DNA from: an uncultured candidate division Zixibacteria bacterium
Lineage (GTDB): Bacteria > Zixibacteria > MSB-5A5 > RBG-16-43-9
Direction of reading: 5' to 3'
Length of the DNA stretch: 64,000 bases
NCBI GenBank assembly: GCA_963713865.1
Contig: OY970208.1
Location: forward strand, 1,216,001-1,280,000
Shown: positions 31,926 through 41,842 of the stretch, piece by piece
How positions within the stretch are numbered: the first letter of the stretch is position 1
Layout: every line of letters starts with the position of its first letter
Position numbers and translations under genes: made by a program
The notes under the pieces: model-generated
Database searches by the model: none
The model's input: only the letters and a program-made list of their open reading frames with translations
Told to the model about the DNA's origin: nothing

Positions 31926-32973
31926 ATGGCAGATAAGATGATGGCGGTGATGAAGAAAAACAGAGCTCCAGGTGCAGAGTTAGATTACGTTGAAATCCCG
32001 AAGATTGAACCGGATAGGGTCCTGGTTAAAGTTAAAGCCTGCTCCATTTGTGGAACGGACTTGCATATCTACAACTGGGACAACTGGGCGCAGAACCGGA
32101 TTAAAACCCCGATGGTTTTCGGGCACGAATGTGCAGGTGAAGTGGTAGAGATCGGCTCACAGGTTAAAAGGGCAAAGGTGGGAGATTTCGTTTCTGCAGA
32201 GACTCATATTCCTGATCAGACCTGTTATCAATGCCGAACCGGGAAGATGCATATCTGTAAAAATCTGAAAATATTGGGAGTGGATACGGATGGTGCTTTT
32301 GCTGAATATATTGCCATCCCAGAACATCTGCGTTTGGAAAAATGACAAGAGTTTACCACCGGAGATTGCTTCGATTCAGGAGCCTTTCGGGAATGCCACT
32401 TATACGGTAATGGAAAGCGATGTCTCCGGGAAAATAATAGCCATATTGGGTGACGGTCCAATTGGCTGTTTTGCAGTGGGGATTGCTAAAGCAGTTGGTG
32501 CGGCAAAGATTTTTGCAGTGGGTGAGTTTCCTTTCAGGGTAGAGCTATTGAAAAAAATGGGTGCGGATGTGGCTTTGAGTATAAAGAAGGAAAATCCGGT
32601 GGATGTGATAATGGAGCAGACTTCAGGCGAGGGTGTGGATGTGGTCCTGGAAATGACTGGCGCTCCAAAAGCAATTGAGGATGGATTTAAAATCCTGAAA
32701 AAGGGTGGGACATTTACTGCTTTCGGGATTCCTTCTGATAAAATCCTTTTCGACCTGAATGCCAATGTGATTTTCAAAGGAGCGAAAATAATAGGAATAA
32801 ACGGACGGTTGATGTTCAAAACCTGGTATGAGCTTTCCAATCTTTTGAATAACAAATTAGTTGACCCGACTCCGGTGATAACCCATAAGTTTCCGTTGAA
32901 GGATATACAAAAAGGGTTTGATGCGCTTCTGTCACCGAATAAGGAATCGGGAAAGGTAGTGCTGTTTCCGTAG
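31926..32973 (+). CDS. tdh: L-threonine 3-dehydrogenase, +1 frameshift near 32322
   Basis: SICGTDLHIY.WD.WA, GHE..GEV, VSAETH, QEPFGNA, G.GPIG, and GKVVL motifs; ORFs 31926..32345 and 32290..32973 join. Confidence 0.9.
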
Positions 32974-33036
32974 GATATTTTGTATTTCGTAGGGACAGAA
33001 CACTGTTCTGTCCTTAAAAATATGTGATTAACCCAA

Positions 33037-33375
33037 ATGATTCATTTAATCCAAGACAAGGCATCTACTCAGCAGATAAAACAGATGCTCGAAGATCTGG
33101 AGTCCTATATCAAGGTAGCGGTGGATGTCAGGCGAGAGGTTCTGGTTGGAGGTGGTGTAATGCATGCGGATTGTGAGGCGGAGCTTTTAAGAAATGGAAG
33201 CAATCAGGAAGATATCTGGGGTGCGGATTGGATCCCAGAGACGCAAGTGGTAAATTGCACCGCTTTAATAAATATTCGCCCCAGACAAGGTAATCTGAGC
33301 ATGGAAATTCAAGACCAAGCTCTTTAGTTAAAGGTTAAATCTATCATTAAAAGATTATTAGAAAGTGAAAAATGA
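33037..33375 (+). CDS. DUF5674-like protein with in-frame TAG at 33325
   Basis: IKVAVD..R..L.GG..MHADCE..LL..GS.Q.DIWGA...INIRP.Q.N.SMEIQD. The frame stays open after TAG to a TGA that overlaps the next ATG. Confidence 0.7.
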
Positions 33376-33719
33376 AGAATATTGAAGAGATTAAAACCAG
33401 ATATTTAAAAGACGGGTTACCAGTTCGATTAGGGGGGTTATCAGCTGATTTAGCTCGTATCGCATCTTTTGCTTTACGTGAAGATAATTGGAAAGTAGTA
33501 GAAACTCTATTAGAAGAGAGCAAATTTTTTATTGAATGGACTGCATCTGAAACAAATTTGGAAAAGAAAGCTTTCCTGATGGAACTTCAGATTCAATTAG
33601 CATTATGGTATAGAATCTGGTCTGAAATTTATACAGACCCTAAGAAAAGGGAAAAACTTAGCCAGCAGGCATCTTTATGGTCAAAAAAGGTTCTAGAGAT
33701 GTCAGGATTAGCTAAATAA
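33372..33719 (+). CDS. Small helical hypothetical protein, partner of DUF5674
   Basis: RYLKD.LPVRLGGL.ADLARI and ESKFFIEWTA motifs; ATGA-coupled to the extended upstream frame. Confidence 0.7.
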   Translation: MKNIEEIKTRYLKDGLPVRLGGLSADLARIASFALREDNWKVVETLLEESKFFIEWTASETNLEKKAFLMELQIQLALWYRIWSEIYTDPKKREKLSQQASLWSKKVLEMSGLAK

Positions 33720-33754
33720 TACTTTTCCCCTTAAGAGATTTCCAGAAAAAGATA

Positions 33755-33808
33755 GATGCGATTCTATCCCCGAATAAGGAATGTGGGAAGGTAGTGCTGT
33801 TTCAGTAG
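33755..33808 (+). repeat. Diverged duplicate of the tdh 3' end
   Basis: 47/54 identity by hand alignment to 32920-32973; both copies are followed by the same GTAGGGACAGAAC REP. Confidence 0.85.
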
Positions 33809-33943
33809 ATTTTTTCTGTAGGGACAGAACATCGTTCTGTCATAATGTTTTGTAGGAGCGTTCAATTGGACGCCCCTACAATTATAAAAGTGTCAGGAGG
33901 TAACTCCTGACACCACTTAAAAGACTATCTTATTTGGGTTTAA

Positions 33944-34531
33944 CTATTTCCTATCAGTGGTTAATCCTTCGTTTAATAGAGGTGGCAAAGGATCGTGTAT
34001 TTTACGTCTGAGAATAGCAGTGCTAATAATAAAATGTAAACCAATTACTACGATTGATAAAATAATTTGCCATTTTTGATAAAACAGATTCATATTAAAT
34101 AGTGGAAGTAGAATCAAACCATATATAGGAAGACAAAGTGCGATATTGAGTATAACATCTTTCATAAGGTATCGCCTTCTGGTAAAGTCTTTGATAACTA
34201 TCCCTTCAAGCATTTCTTCTGTTCGTTCTTTGCCGAAGTAACGAATGACAATACGATATAGGGTAAACCAACGATCTGAGATTTGTCGGAGCTTTTTATA
34301 TCTTGCCCAGAATAATGCAGAGATAATTATTAATGCTGGGATCTCAATTACAAGTGCTTGAGGTTGTTGCAGAAATTTCTGCGCAGTTTCACTTTGTAAA
34401 ACTCCAAATCCGATAGCACCAAGAACAAGTACGGCAAAATTCAACATTTGGTCTCGTTCGCGTTTTTCGGTATCTATCTCTTTTCGTGTTTGGATAAAAT
34501 ATTCTCGCAAAAATTCATTTGGTTCATTCAC
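33944..34531 (-). CDS. Hypothetical membrane protein (about 4 TM)
   Basis: 195-aa AT-rich ORF with four hydrophobic segments. Confidence 0.6.
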   Translation of the reverse strand: MNEPNEFLREYFIQTRKEIDTEKRERDQMLNFAVLVLGAIGFGVLQSETAQKFLQQPQALVIEIPALIIISALFWARYKKLRQISDRWFTLYRIVIRYFGKERTEEMLEGIVIKDFTRRRYLMKDVILNIALCLPIYGLILLPLFNMNLFYQKWQIILSIVVIGLHFIISTAILRRKIHDPLPPLLNEGLTTDRK

Positions 34532-34838
34532 TGATTGTATTCACCTTTAAAAAATGTTAGTTTCTTAGGGCAACTATGTACTAAAGACTATTTGATAATT
34601 TATTTTATTATCTGTTACTTTATGTTAGTAGAGAGATAGTCAGGAAGGTATGATACACTCCGATTTTTTAGATCATCAACGCATATCACAACTAGGGATT
34701 TTCACCATTTCTCTAAACTTCCACCATTTCTGGCTAAAGACTATCTCTCCGTATTTCAAGTTAATTAGAAAACATGAATCTCAAATCCCTCTAAAAAACT
34801 AGCCTACTAAGTATCCCTTTTGTGTATTTGTGTAATAC

Positions 34839-35480
34839 TTATCCTTTCATTGGCGGTTTGCCAGCATCGGCTAGTTTCTTATTAAGAATATCTCGTTTTC
34901 TTGCTAATTCTGCTGGCTGGACAAAATAGAAATCAAATAGACCCTCTAAAACATCCAAAAGCCATTCAGCCTCTCCTGGCTCAACGTCTACAATTTCTCC
35001 AGTATTCGTGCTTTTAATTGGATGAGCTGCAAAAGCACCGATATTTCTTACAGCGTCGATTGCCTGTGCCAAGTGCGAAGGTAATTGTTTTGATTGGAGG
35101 ACTTCATCTATTTCCTTGCTCAAATCTGATTTTTTTACTCCTGCCTTTTCCCTGAGAATATTTTGAAGACATCTACGACTCAAAGCCGCACTGGCTTTTG
35201 GACTATCAGCTATTACTAAACAAGCCTCACTATAATCTTGGGCAAAAATATCAGGTACATCTGTTGAAATTGGCGTTCTTGAAATCGCCTTTGGGTACAC
35301 CAGGAATGATTTTTTTACTAATACAAAAACATTATTTAGAGAGTTTATTAATTCTATTATGAATTTATCGCAACTTGGGCATTTCTGCCAATAAATTCTC
35401 CAAAAACGATCCTTATCTTCTCCCAAATCATGATATGTTACTTGAGGATGATAGGATTTTAAACAATGTGGGCATTTCAT
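34839..35480 (-). CDS. DUF4145 (HEPN-like) protein with N-terminal zinc ribbon
   Basis: MKCPHC...CPSC; SPKASAALSRRCLQ; DAVRNIGAFAAHP (R-x-H type motif). Confidence 0.85.
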   Translation of the reverse strand: MKCPHCLKSYHPQVTYHDLGEDKDRFWRIYWQKCPSCDKFIIELINSLNNVFVLVKKSFLVYPKAISRTPISTDVPDIFAQDYSEACLVIADSPKASAALSRRCLQNILREKAGVKKSDLSKEIDEVLQSKQLPSHLAQAIDAVRNIGAFAAHPIKSTNTGEIVDVEPGEAEWLLDVLEGLFDFYFVQPAELARKRDILNKKLADAGKPPMKG

Positions 35481-35639
35481 AGAAAATCTTCCTATTAAAA
35501 TCTAAGCTCATCTCGCCCCATCTTAACTATGGGTTATACACCATTATTTACGAAAATCCCTCAAACAAATCAAGTAATTTTTATACCCCTATTCCTTTTA
35601 ACCTGAGTGTATCTTTTCATCTGCTTCTGTGGATTCGTT

Positions 35640-35800
35640 ATAGGACAGAACAATGTTCTGTCCCTACAAAAATAATGGTGTCAGGAGGTAACTCCTGACA
35701 TCACCTAAGAGGGTCCAATCCCTTAACCAATTTTACCCAAAAGCCATTTTCCGCAGATGGTTGGTAAGGTGTGGGGCACGGCGTGCCGTGTCCCTACAGT
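35640..35800. repeat. REP-like cluster
   Basis: taggacagaacaatgttctgtccctac, gtgtcaggaggtaactcctgaca, and gggcacggcgtgccgtgtccctac. Confidence 0.75.
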
Positions 35801-35813
35801 TTTTTTCACCCAC

Positions 35814-36539
35814 TCAATCATTTCCATAAAGGTGAATAACTATGATATTCCGGTTCTGTAATTTCCTTTTCGTCTCCTCATAATGTTTTTTCTGTAATTC
35901 TTCAAATTCCTTATAGGGAAGGTTCTTTTCATTATTCAAATATAACTTGCATAATTTATTCAACAGTTCTTCGCTTATGTTTCTGTTGTAATTCAGGCAG
36001 ACATCCACGTCAAATTGGGATGGGCTGGGGATATTAATCTGTGAATATGGTTTTGTTTGTAATAGGTCAATCTCCTTCTGGGATAAACCCTCGATTACCT
36101 GTGAGGTGAAGTGGATTCCGTAACGATCATCTTCAGGAAATTTACCATATTCACACCGGGAGACATCTGATTTACGAATCCTGGAGATCGAATTAACCTT
36201 GACCACTACCCTATCTTCATTGGCTACAGTAGAATACTTGAACCCATAATAATTATTTCCTTCAGGATAATTAATGGTTTGAATTCTTTTATAGATGGTA
36301 AGAGTATCAGAACGATACTGTTCCTTAATATGTTTCAATATTTCCTCATCGCTTAAAGATTTCAAATTATCATCATAGCTTGTTAACTGTATGAAGCATA
36401 CCAGAGAATCCCCTTTATCAAATATCAGGTTTACTTTATATCTGGCACAGGAACCAACATCTCCAGAAGAATGGTCTTGAATAAATAAGCCGAGCAGAAA
36501 GATAAAAAGGATAATATCGAATTTCAGATTAATCCTCAT
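35814..36539 (-). CDS. Secreted hypothetical protein
   Basis: Signal peptide, 241 aa; no recognised motif. Confidence 0.6.
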   Translation of the reverse strand: MRINLKFDIILFIFLLGLFIQDHSSGDVGSCARYKVNLIFDKGDSLVCFIQLTSYDDNLKSLSDEEILKHIKEQYRSDTLTIYKRIQTINYPEGNNYYGFKYSTVANEDRVVVKVNSISRIRKSDVSRCEYGKFPEDDRYGIHFTSQVIEGLSQKEIDLLQTKPYSQINIPSPSQFDVDVCLNYNRNISEELLNKLCKLYLNNEKNLPYKEFEELQKKHYEETKRKLQNRNIIVIHLYGND

Positions 36540-37086
36540 TTTAGATTCATCTCTTAATAAGAGAACGTCATTAACACCAGTTTTAAAGCCAGCCTATATC
36601 ACCTGGAGGAACTGGGCAACCACGATAATGCTATTATCCACAACATCATCCTTAAGCATAAACTATAATGATAGTATTTTATGAGAGGTTATAAACAAGT
36701 CAAGTAGTTTTTAATTTATTTCTAAAAAAATAGTTTTGAAGGATTGGGTAACCTGCTTACGAAGTCTAAGTTTACCCTTCCCTTGATTGGGGGGCAAGGG
36801 ATCGTAGCTCCCCTATCCCTCTCCCTACGGGAGAGGGAAATGACCTCACCCTGACCCTTTCCTACGAGGAGAGGAAAATTGTTTCCCTCCCCTGAAGGGG
36901 AGAGTGGGGTCAATTCAATAAAAACTAGGGCAGACACGAAGGTCTGCCCATACAAAAAATCTCAAATATTCTACAGATTTGCTATGATTTTCAAATTTTA
37001 AAAAATTCTTTATAATTATTATTAATATTTATAAAATATATTTATATATTATACATGTGAAATTAAATACAAAATCGGAGGGAAAA

Positions 37087-37893
37087 ATGAAAAAGGTAAT
37101 CGCAGGATGGATTGGTAGTTTTCTGATAGTATTTTTGATTCTCCTGAGTTGCGCTACTACTGGTCCGGGTGGTAAAAGAAGTTTCATATTGATCTCAACT
37201 AATGAAGAAATCTCTATTGGAGAGAAAATGGCTAAACAGGTGGAATCTGAAGGAAAGGTTTTAAACGACTCTCTGGTTCAAGGTTATGTTAGTCAAGTTG
37301 GGCAGAAAGTTGCCGGAATATCGGACAGAAAAGAGCTGCCTTTTCAATTCAAGGTTTTGGATTCGAAGGAGATTAATGCTTTTGCCTGTCCGGGTGGGTA
37401 TATCTACGTTTATTCCGGGCTTTTGAAAATCCTGGATGATGAAGCGGAACTGGCGGGAGTCTTATCGCATGAGATCAGCCACGTGGTGGCAAGGCACGGG
37501 GTTAAAAAATTACAGCAAGTTCTGGGCGTGCAGGTGGTTCTGTCGATTGCTCTTGGCTCAAGCAGCCAGTTAAGCAAGGATTTGGTTTCCACCTCAATAG
37601 GTGTCATTCTCCAGGGGTACAGCCGAGATAACGAGTTTGAGGCGGACCAGTTCGGGACATATTATATGGAAAAAGCAGGTTATAATCCAAACGGGATGGA
37701 AAATCTCTTAGGGAAGTTAGATAAGATGAGCGAAAAAGAACCAACTTTTTTTGAAAAGTTAGCTGCATCGCATCCTCCGACTAAAGAGAGGATGGCAAAA
37801 GTTGAAAACCAGATAAAAGGATTCGGGACAGGAGTGGAAAACCTACCTTTTAATCAAGGTGAATATGAGAAAATAAAGAAGAGGATAAAATAA
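37087..37893 (+). CDS. M48-family zinc metallopeptidase lipoprotein
   Basis: Lipobox LLSC; INAFACPGG, HEISHV, YSRDNEFEAD, and SHPP..ER motifs; ATG at 37087 follows ggagg. Confidence 0.9.
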   Translation: MKKVIAGWIGSFLIVFLILLSCATTGPGGKRSFILISTNEEISIGEKMAKQVESEGKVLNDSLVQGYVSQVGQKVAGISDRKELPFQFKVLDSKEINAFACPGGYIYVYSGLLKILDDEAELAGVLSHEISHVVARHGVKKLQQVLGVQVVLSIALGSSSQLSKDLVSTSIGVILQGYSRDNEFEADQFGTYYMEKAGYNPNGMENLLGKLDKMSEKEPTFFEKLAASHPPTKERMAKVENQIKGFGTGVENLPFNQGEYEKIKKRIK

Positions 37894-38140
37894 TAACAAA
37901 TGACTGATGACGAATGATTGATGAAAGAAAAAGGAAGAAGGAAGACAAAAAAAGGAAGAACCACACCCCGATCCTTTGATGAGAAATAAAATGGAAAATA
38001 AAAGATGGAAGAAGGAAAAATGACCTCATCCCTTCCCTCTCCTAAGAGGAGAAGGGATAAATCTGAAAAAAGTAAGATAGAAGAAGGAGAATAGAAAAAC
38101 CTCTCCCGAACCCTCTCCTTAAGAAGGAGAGGGAAATTAC

Positions 38141-38596
38141 TCACCGCAAACTGAAGCTTAGATTAAGCATCATCTTTTCGCTGTCGAAGGAGCAGTAAAA
38201 TTGATATCTGGTCCGGTTTATAGCTGAAGCTATTCCCAAAAAATCCATCAATAAATCCCGGTTGCTCCAGCCTTCGCGATAGGCATCATCATATTCCTTG
38301 GCTATCCCCAAAAATGCAACCACTCCTGCTGATAAATACGGGTTGGTAACCTGAGAAAATAATTTCTGGGCTATATAACAGCCGGAGAAATGCTGCCATT
38401 TATCCGGACCCATAATATACCAGTTCTTCTCATCAACGAAATACCAGGGGTCTCTATCAGGTGAAAGCTGTTTGAAATTCCCATCTTTAGGATAGCTTTG
38501 CAACTTAAATGCAAAGCTCTGGTTAGAGAGGACTGATAGATTTAAAATCTGCAACAGGCAGATTAACGAAATAGCTATGGAAACTTTGGTTCTCAT
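38141..38596 (-). CDS. YfiM/DUF2279-like exported protein
   Basis: Signal peptide; DKWQHF, GIAKEYDD, and GWS.RDLL.D.LG motifs. Confidence 0.6.
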   Translation of the reverse strand: MRTKVSIAISLICLLQILNLSVLSNQSFAFKLQSYPKDGNFKQLSPDRDPWYFVDEKNWYIMGPDKWQHFSGCYIAQKLFSQVTNPYLSAGVVAFLGIAKEYDDAYREGWSNRDLLMDFLGIASAINRTRYQFYCSFDSEKMMLNLSFSLR

Positions 38597-38744
38597 TTTT
38601 CCACCTCTTTTTTTTGATAGGGGTTAGAGGTGGGAAAAACGGAAACATCAGGTTAGGGCACAGGATATCCTAATTCCATAATTTATTTTACTTGAAAAGT
38701 AGATTCATCCCTAGCCTCCGCGGTTTATTTTCACTTCAATATAG

Positions 38745-38760
38745 AGCAAATAATCTGCCT
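38745..38760 (-). promoter_or_regulatory. Possible sigma54 promoter
   Basis: AGGCAGATTATTTGCT has the GG-N10-GC spacing, about 150 bp upstream of 38596. Confidence 0.4.
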
Positions 38761-39331
38761 TTTATCGGATATTGTCTTCTGTTTTCATAAGTTCTGACAA
38801 TTCAAGTCATTAAAGGGGAATGATAACCTGTGCAATTTTTGAATAAGTAGATTTTTATTGCATGACTTTGCAAGATTTGAGAAAAGATGGAGCTGGTTCT
38901 CCTAAAAAATGAGATGTAAGAATGAAAACGTCGGGTATAAAACCCGACACTACAATCTGATAATCTTAGAAGGAGGAAAGGATTAAGGAGACGCATTGCA
39001 ATGCGTCTCTACGATTAATTGATAATAAGGTTTTATCAATTTTCTTATCTTTTTGATGGGGAAAAAGAATTTGAAACTGTTGATAGATAATGACTGGCCT
39101 AAACCTTCAGGTTAGTATTTTTGTCAGCTCAAAGCCCGGGACAGGAGTTTAAATCCTGTCCCGGAGATAGATTAACAAAAGATCTGTTGGCCTGGAGACC
39201 AACAGGGAGCAGAGAACACATAATATGTCATTCTATGTCCACCAGAGGTAAGACGAAGAATCTCAGCAGATTCTTCAGTCGTCCCTGTAGGGGACTCCTT
39301 CAGAATGACAGGTGAGGTTAAGGAGTAATAA

Positions 39332-40582
39332 GTGGAAAATCTTTTAGGCAGAGTTGAAGCTTTTCTTTCTGAAAAAGAGATTGAGGTTTCCGATGAACTT
39401 GTGTTTCTGATAAATACCCGTATAAAACCACCAGTTCCGGTCAATAAAGAAGATATCTATATCCGGGCGATGTATTTAGTCTCGGACCAGGTCAACTCTT
39501 TTGGCGGATGTTTCCCTCTGGATGAACATCCTAAATTGGCAGAGCTGTTGGTTGATTCACCGGTATTAATTGGCCATTCTAAGGAAAAACTTCCTATTGC
39601 ACGAAACTTCAAAGCAGATTTAGTCAAAAAAGATGAAGTTAACTGGGTTAAAGTTTATTTCTACTGGTTAAAAAATTCACCTGAAGCAGACTCTTTGAAA
39701 GTAAATATCGACCACGGGATTTATAAAGAGTGTTCAATCGGCTTTTCCTTTGAATTTCCAGAATGTTCCGTCTGTGGCGAAGATATGAGGAGATGCCAGC
39801 ATATTCCTTTCCGTGCCTATGAAAAAGAAAATGGTGAGAAAACACAAGCTTTTTACAATTACCGTAATATCATCAAGGTGCATGAGACTTCTTTAGTTTA
39901 CCGGGGTGCGGTTTTCGGAACCTCGATGACGAACGAGCTTTACCTTTTTCAAAAGCACGATTGTGCAGATGGATTCTGTAAATTCAAAAGGGCATATAAA
40001 GAGTCGATTTTAGAATCCCTGAAAAAAGCCGGAATTGAAAAAGAGGTCAAACTGGTAGGGGATATAGAGGAGAAAGGATACTCTGATAATAAAATAGAGC
40101 TTTGCTGCGAAAATAACTTAGAGGAAAAGATTTTAAATTCTATCCCTCAAATTTTCAAGGACAGGATCTGTTTCGTAAGCGAAGAAAAAATAGAAAAGGA
40201 TAAAACTCAGTCTGTGAGATTTATTTTATATCAAATACCACTTTCAGAGCAAAACCATCCGGAGGAAAACACAGTCGAGTGTAATTTAATATTTGAAGGA
40301 GCAGAGGTTACAACTGTTATTTGTATCCATCGATTGAATATGGAAAAACTTGAAAAGGGGAGAAGGTTTCTTTGTGACTTCAAGGATTTTTCTAAGATTA
40401 TAAAGTCTGAATCAGGAGAGGTTTTGGACACAGGAGAATATCAGACTGCAGAGGGGAACAAAGAATTTTTCAGGTTTAAATTAGAGGGAGAGATTTTAAA
40501 TGGGGTCTATTTTGCAAGAAAGATAAAGCTGAAGGATCAGGATAGATGGTTATTTTTCAAGAGGATGGCAGAACATATTTAA
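39332..40582 (+). CDS. Phage prohead (HK97-type) protease-like protein with Zn-finger insert and degenerate C-terminal domains
   Basis: PVLIGH (His), GIYKECSIGF (Ser), CSVCG...CQH, and HETSLVY.GA motifs; GTG start after aaggag. Confidence 0.6.
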   Translation: MENLLGRVEAFLSEKEIEVSDELVFLINTRIKPPVPVNKEDIYIRAMYLVSDQVNSFGGCFPLDEHPKLAELLVDSPVLIGHSKEKLPIARNFKADLVKKDEVNWVKVYFYWLKNSPEADSLKVNIDHGIYKECSIGFSFEFPECSVCGEDMRRCQHIPFRAYEKENGEKTQAFYNYRNIIKVHETSLVYRGAVFGTSMTNELYLFQKHDCADGFCKFKRAYKESILESLKKAGIEKEVKLVGDIEEKGYSDNKIELCCENNLEEKILNSIPQIFKDRICFVSEEKIEKDKTQSVRFILYQIPLSEQNHPEENTVECNLIFEGAEVTTVICIHRLNMEKLEKGRRFLCDFKDFSKIIKSESGEVLDTGEYQTAEGNKEFFRFKLEGEILNGVYFARKIKLKDQDRWLFFKRMAEHI

Positions 40583-40743
40583 GAGTTTAAAGGTACAAGG
40601 ATAAAGGACCTCACCCTCACCCTCTCCTAAAGAAGAATATGGATATAATAAATTAAAGATTAAAGATGAATAACCTCACTACCATATAAGAGATTAAGCG
40701 ACTCTGAAAGGGTCGCACTACGAAAACAAAAAAAGAATAAAAG

Positions 40744-41034
40744 ATGAGCGACAACAATAAAATTTTTTCAAAGGTTCAGCTGTTTCAATTTCTGATAACT
40801 TTCTTCGTTACTGTTTTCGGGGTTCTGACTGCTTATTATACTACCATCGCCGGGATCAAATTAGATTTAGCCCACAAGGCTGAAGTACAGATTGTAAATG
40901 AGCTGGATAAAAGACTTTCTAATTTAGAGCTTTTGTTAAAAGAGAATTTTATGACCAAAAAGGAGTTCTTCGAGCTGAAGGATCAGATCAACCAGAGACT
41001 GCTTAAGATTGAAATGAGATTAGAAAATAAATAA
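40744..41034 (+). CDS. Small single-TM coiled-coil protein
   Basis: N-terminal TM helix followed by heptad-like LDKRLSNLE...RLLKIEMRL. Confidence 0.65.
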   Translation: MSDNNKIFSKVQLFQFLITFFVTVFGVLTAYYTTIAGIKLDLAHKAEVQIVNELDKRLSNLELLLKENFMTKKEFFELKDQINQRLLKIEMRLENK

Positions 41035-41206
41035 AGGTTTGAAAGTTACAGGGGAAAAAGAAAAGACGTGGCCGTGACTCGTATATCGTAACCGTAGGGA
41101 AAGAAGAAGATGGAAAAAGGGAATAGGGACAGGTATTAGTCTTAAGTCTAAAGTCCTAAAAAATCATAGATATAACAATTATGAAGAACTTAAAAAAGGA
41201 GCAAGA

Positions 41207-41623
41207 ATGGAGATATTAGTACTGATTCAAAATTTAAAAGAACAAGCTGAGAGGATAAAAGAGTCCAGATTTGAGGAGATAGATTTTGACAGGCTGGAGC
41301 AAAACCTAAATCTGGCTTCGGAAATGTTGAGAAAAATGAAGGAAAAAGATAAAACCGCAGAAAATATCTTGGATGATTTTAAAACGGAGATAAAAAGGAT
41401 TGCTCTTTCTCTCTCAAGGCTTAAAGGGGATAACTCAAATCTGGAGCTAATTGAGAAGTATCTCTCTGACCCGGATTTAGATTATGATGAACTCTGCCTT
41501 TTAAAAACAAAGCTTAAATCAGAATTCGATAAAAACCTCCCCAGCGCTCCACTGTCTAAGACCAGCTATAATTTTTTTAAAGAGAAGAAAGCGAAAGATA
41601 AAATCGAGGAGTTTAAGGTTTAA
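41207..41623 (+). CDS. Helical coiled-coil protein, possibly scaffold-like
   Basis: 138 aa, E/K/L-rich, aaggag RBS; ends FDKNLPSAPL...EEFKV. Confidence 0.6.
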   Translation: MEILVLIQNLKEQAERIKESRFEEIDFDRLEQNLNLASEMLRKMKEKDKTAENILDDFKTEIKRIALSLSRLKGDNSNLELIEKYLSDPDLDYDELCLLKTKLKSEFDKNLPSAPLSKTSYNFFKEKKAKDKIEEFKV

Positions 41624-41842
41624 ATCAATAAGTGACGAATATCTGATGACTGATGGTGGATGGATATTGAGTTCTACATTTGTCAGACTAAAAGTCTGAC
41701 TTATCAGAGGAATCTCTTCCCAGCCCTCTACTTGAAAAGGAGAGGGGGATGACTTCACCCCTGCCTATAGCAGGATTTTCAACCTAATCCCCTCTTGAGA
41801 GTAGATAAATAGCATCATCAGGGATGATGCACTCCATAATTG

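Noticed and set aside
36722-39444. Short ORFs 36722..36955, 37854..38144, 38802..38996, 39121..39315 and 39172..39444
   Set aside because: They translate REP clusters or low-complexity purine tracts; the same applies to 45122, 51926 and 53877.
39000-41800. Complete or recent prophage
   Set aside because: No integrase, replication, portal, capsid or tail genes and no att repeats seen; kept only as an orphan module.
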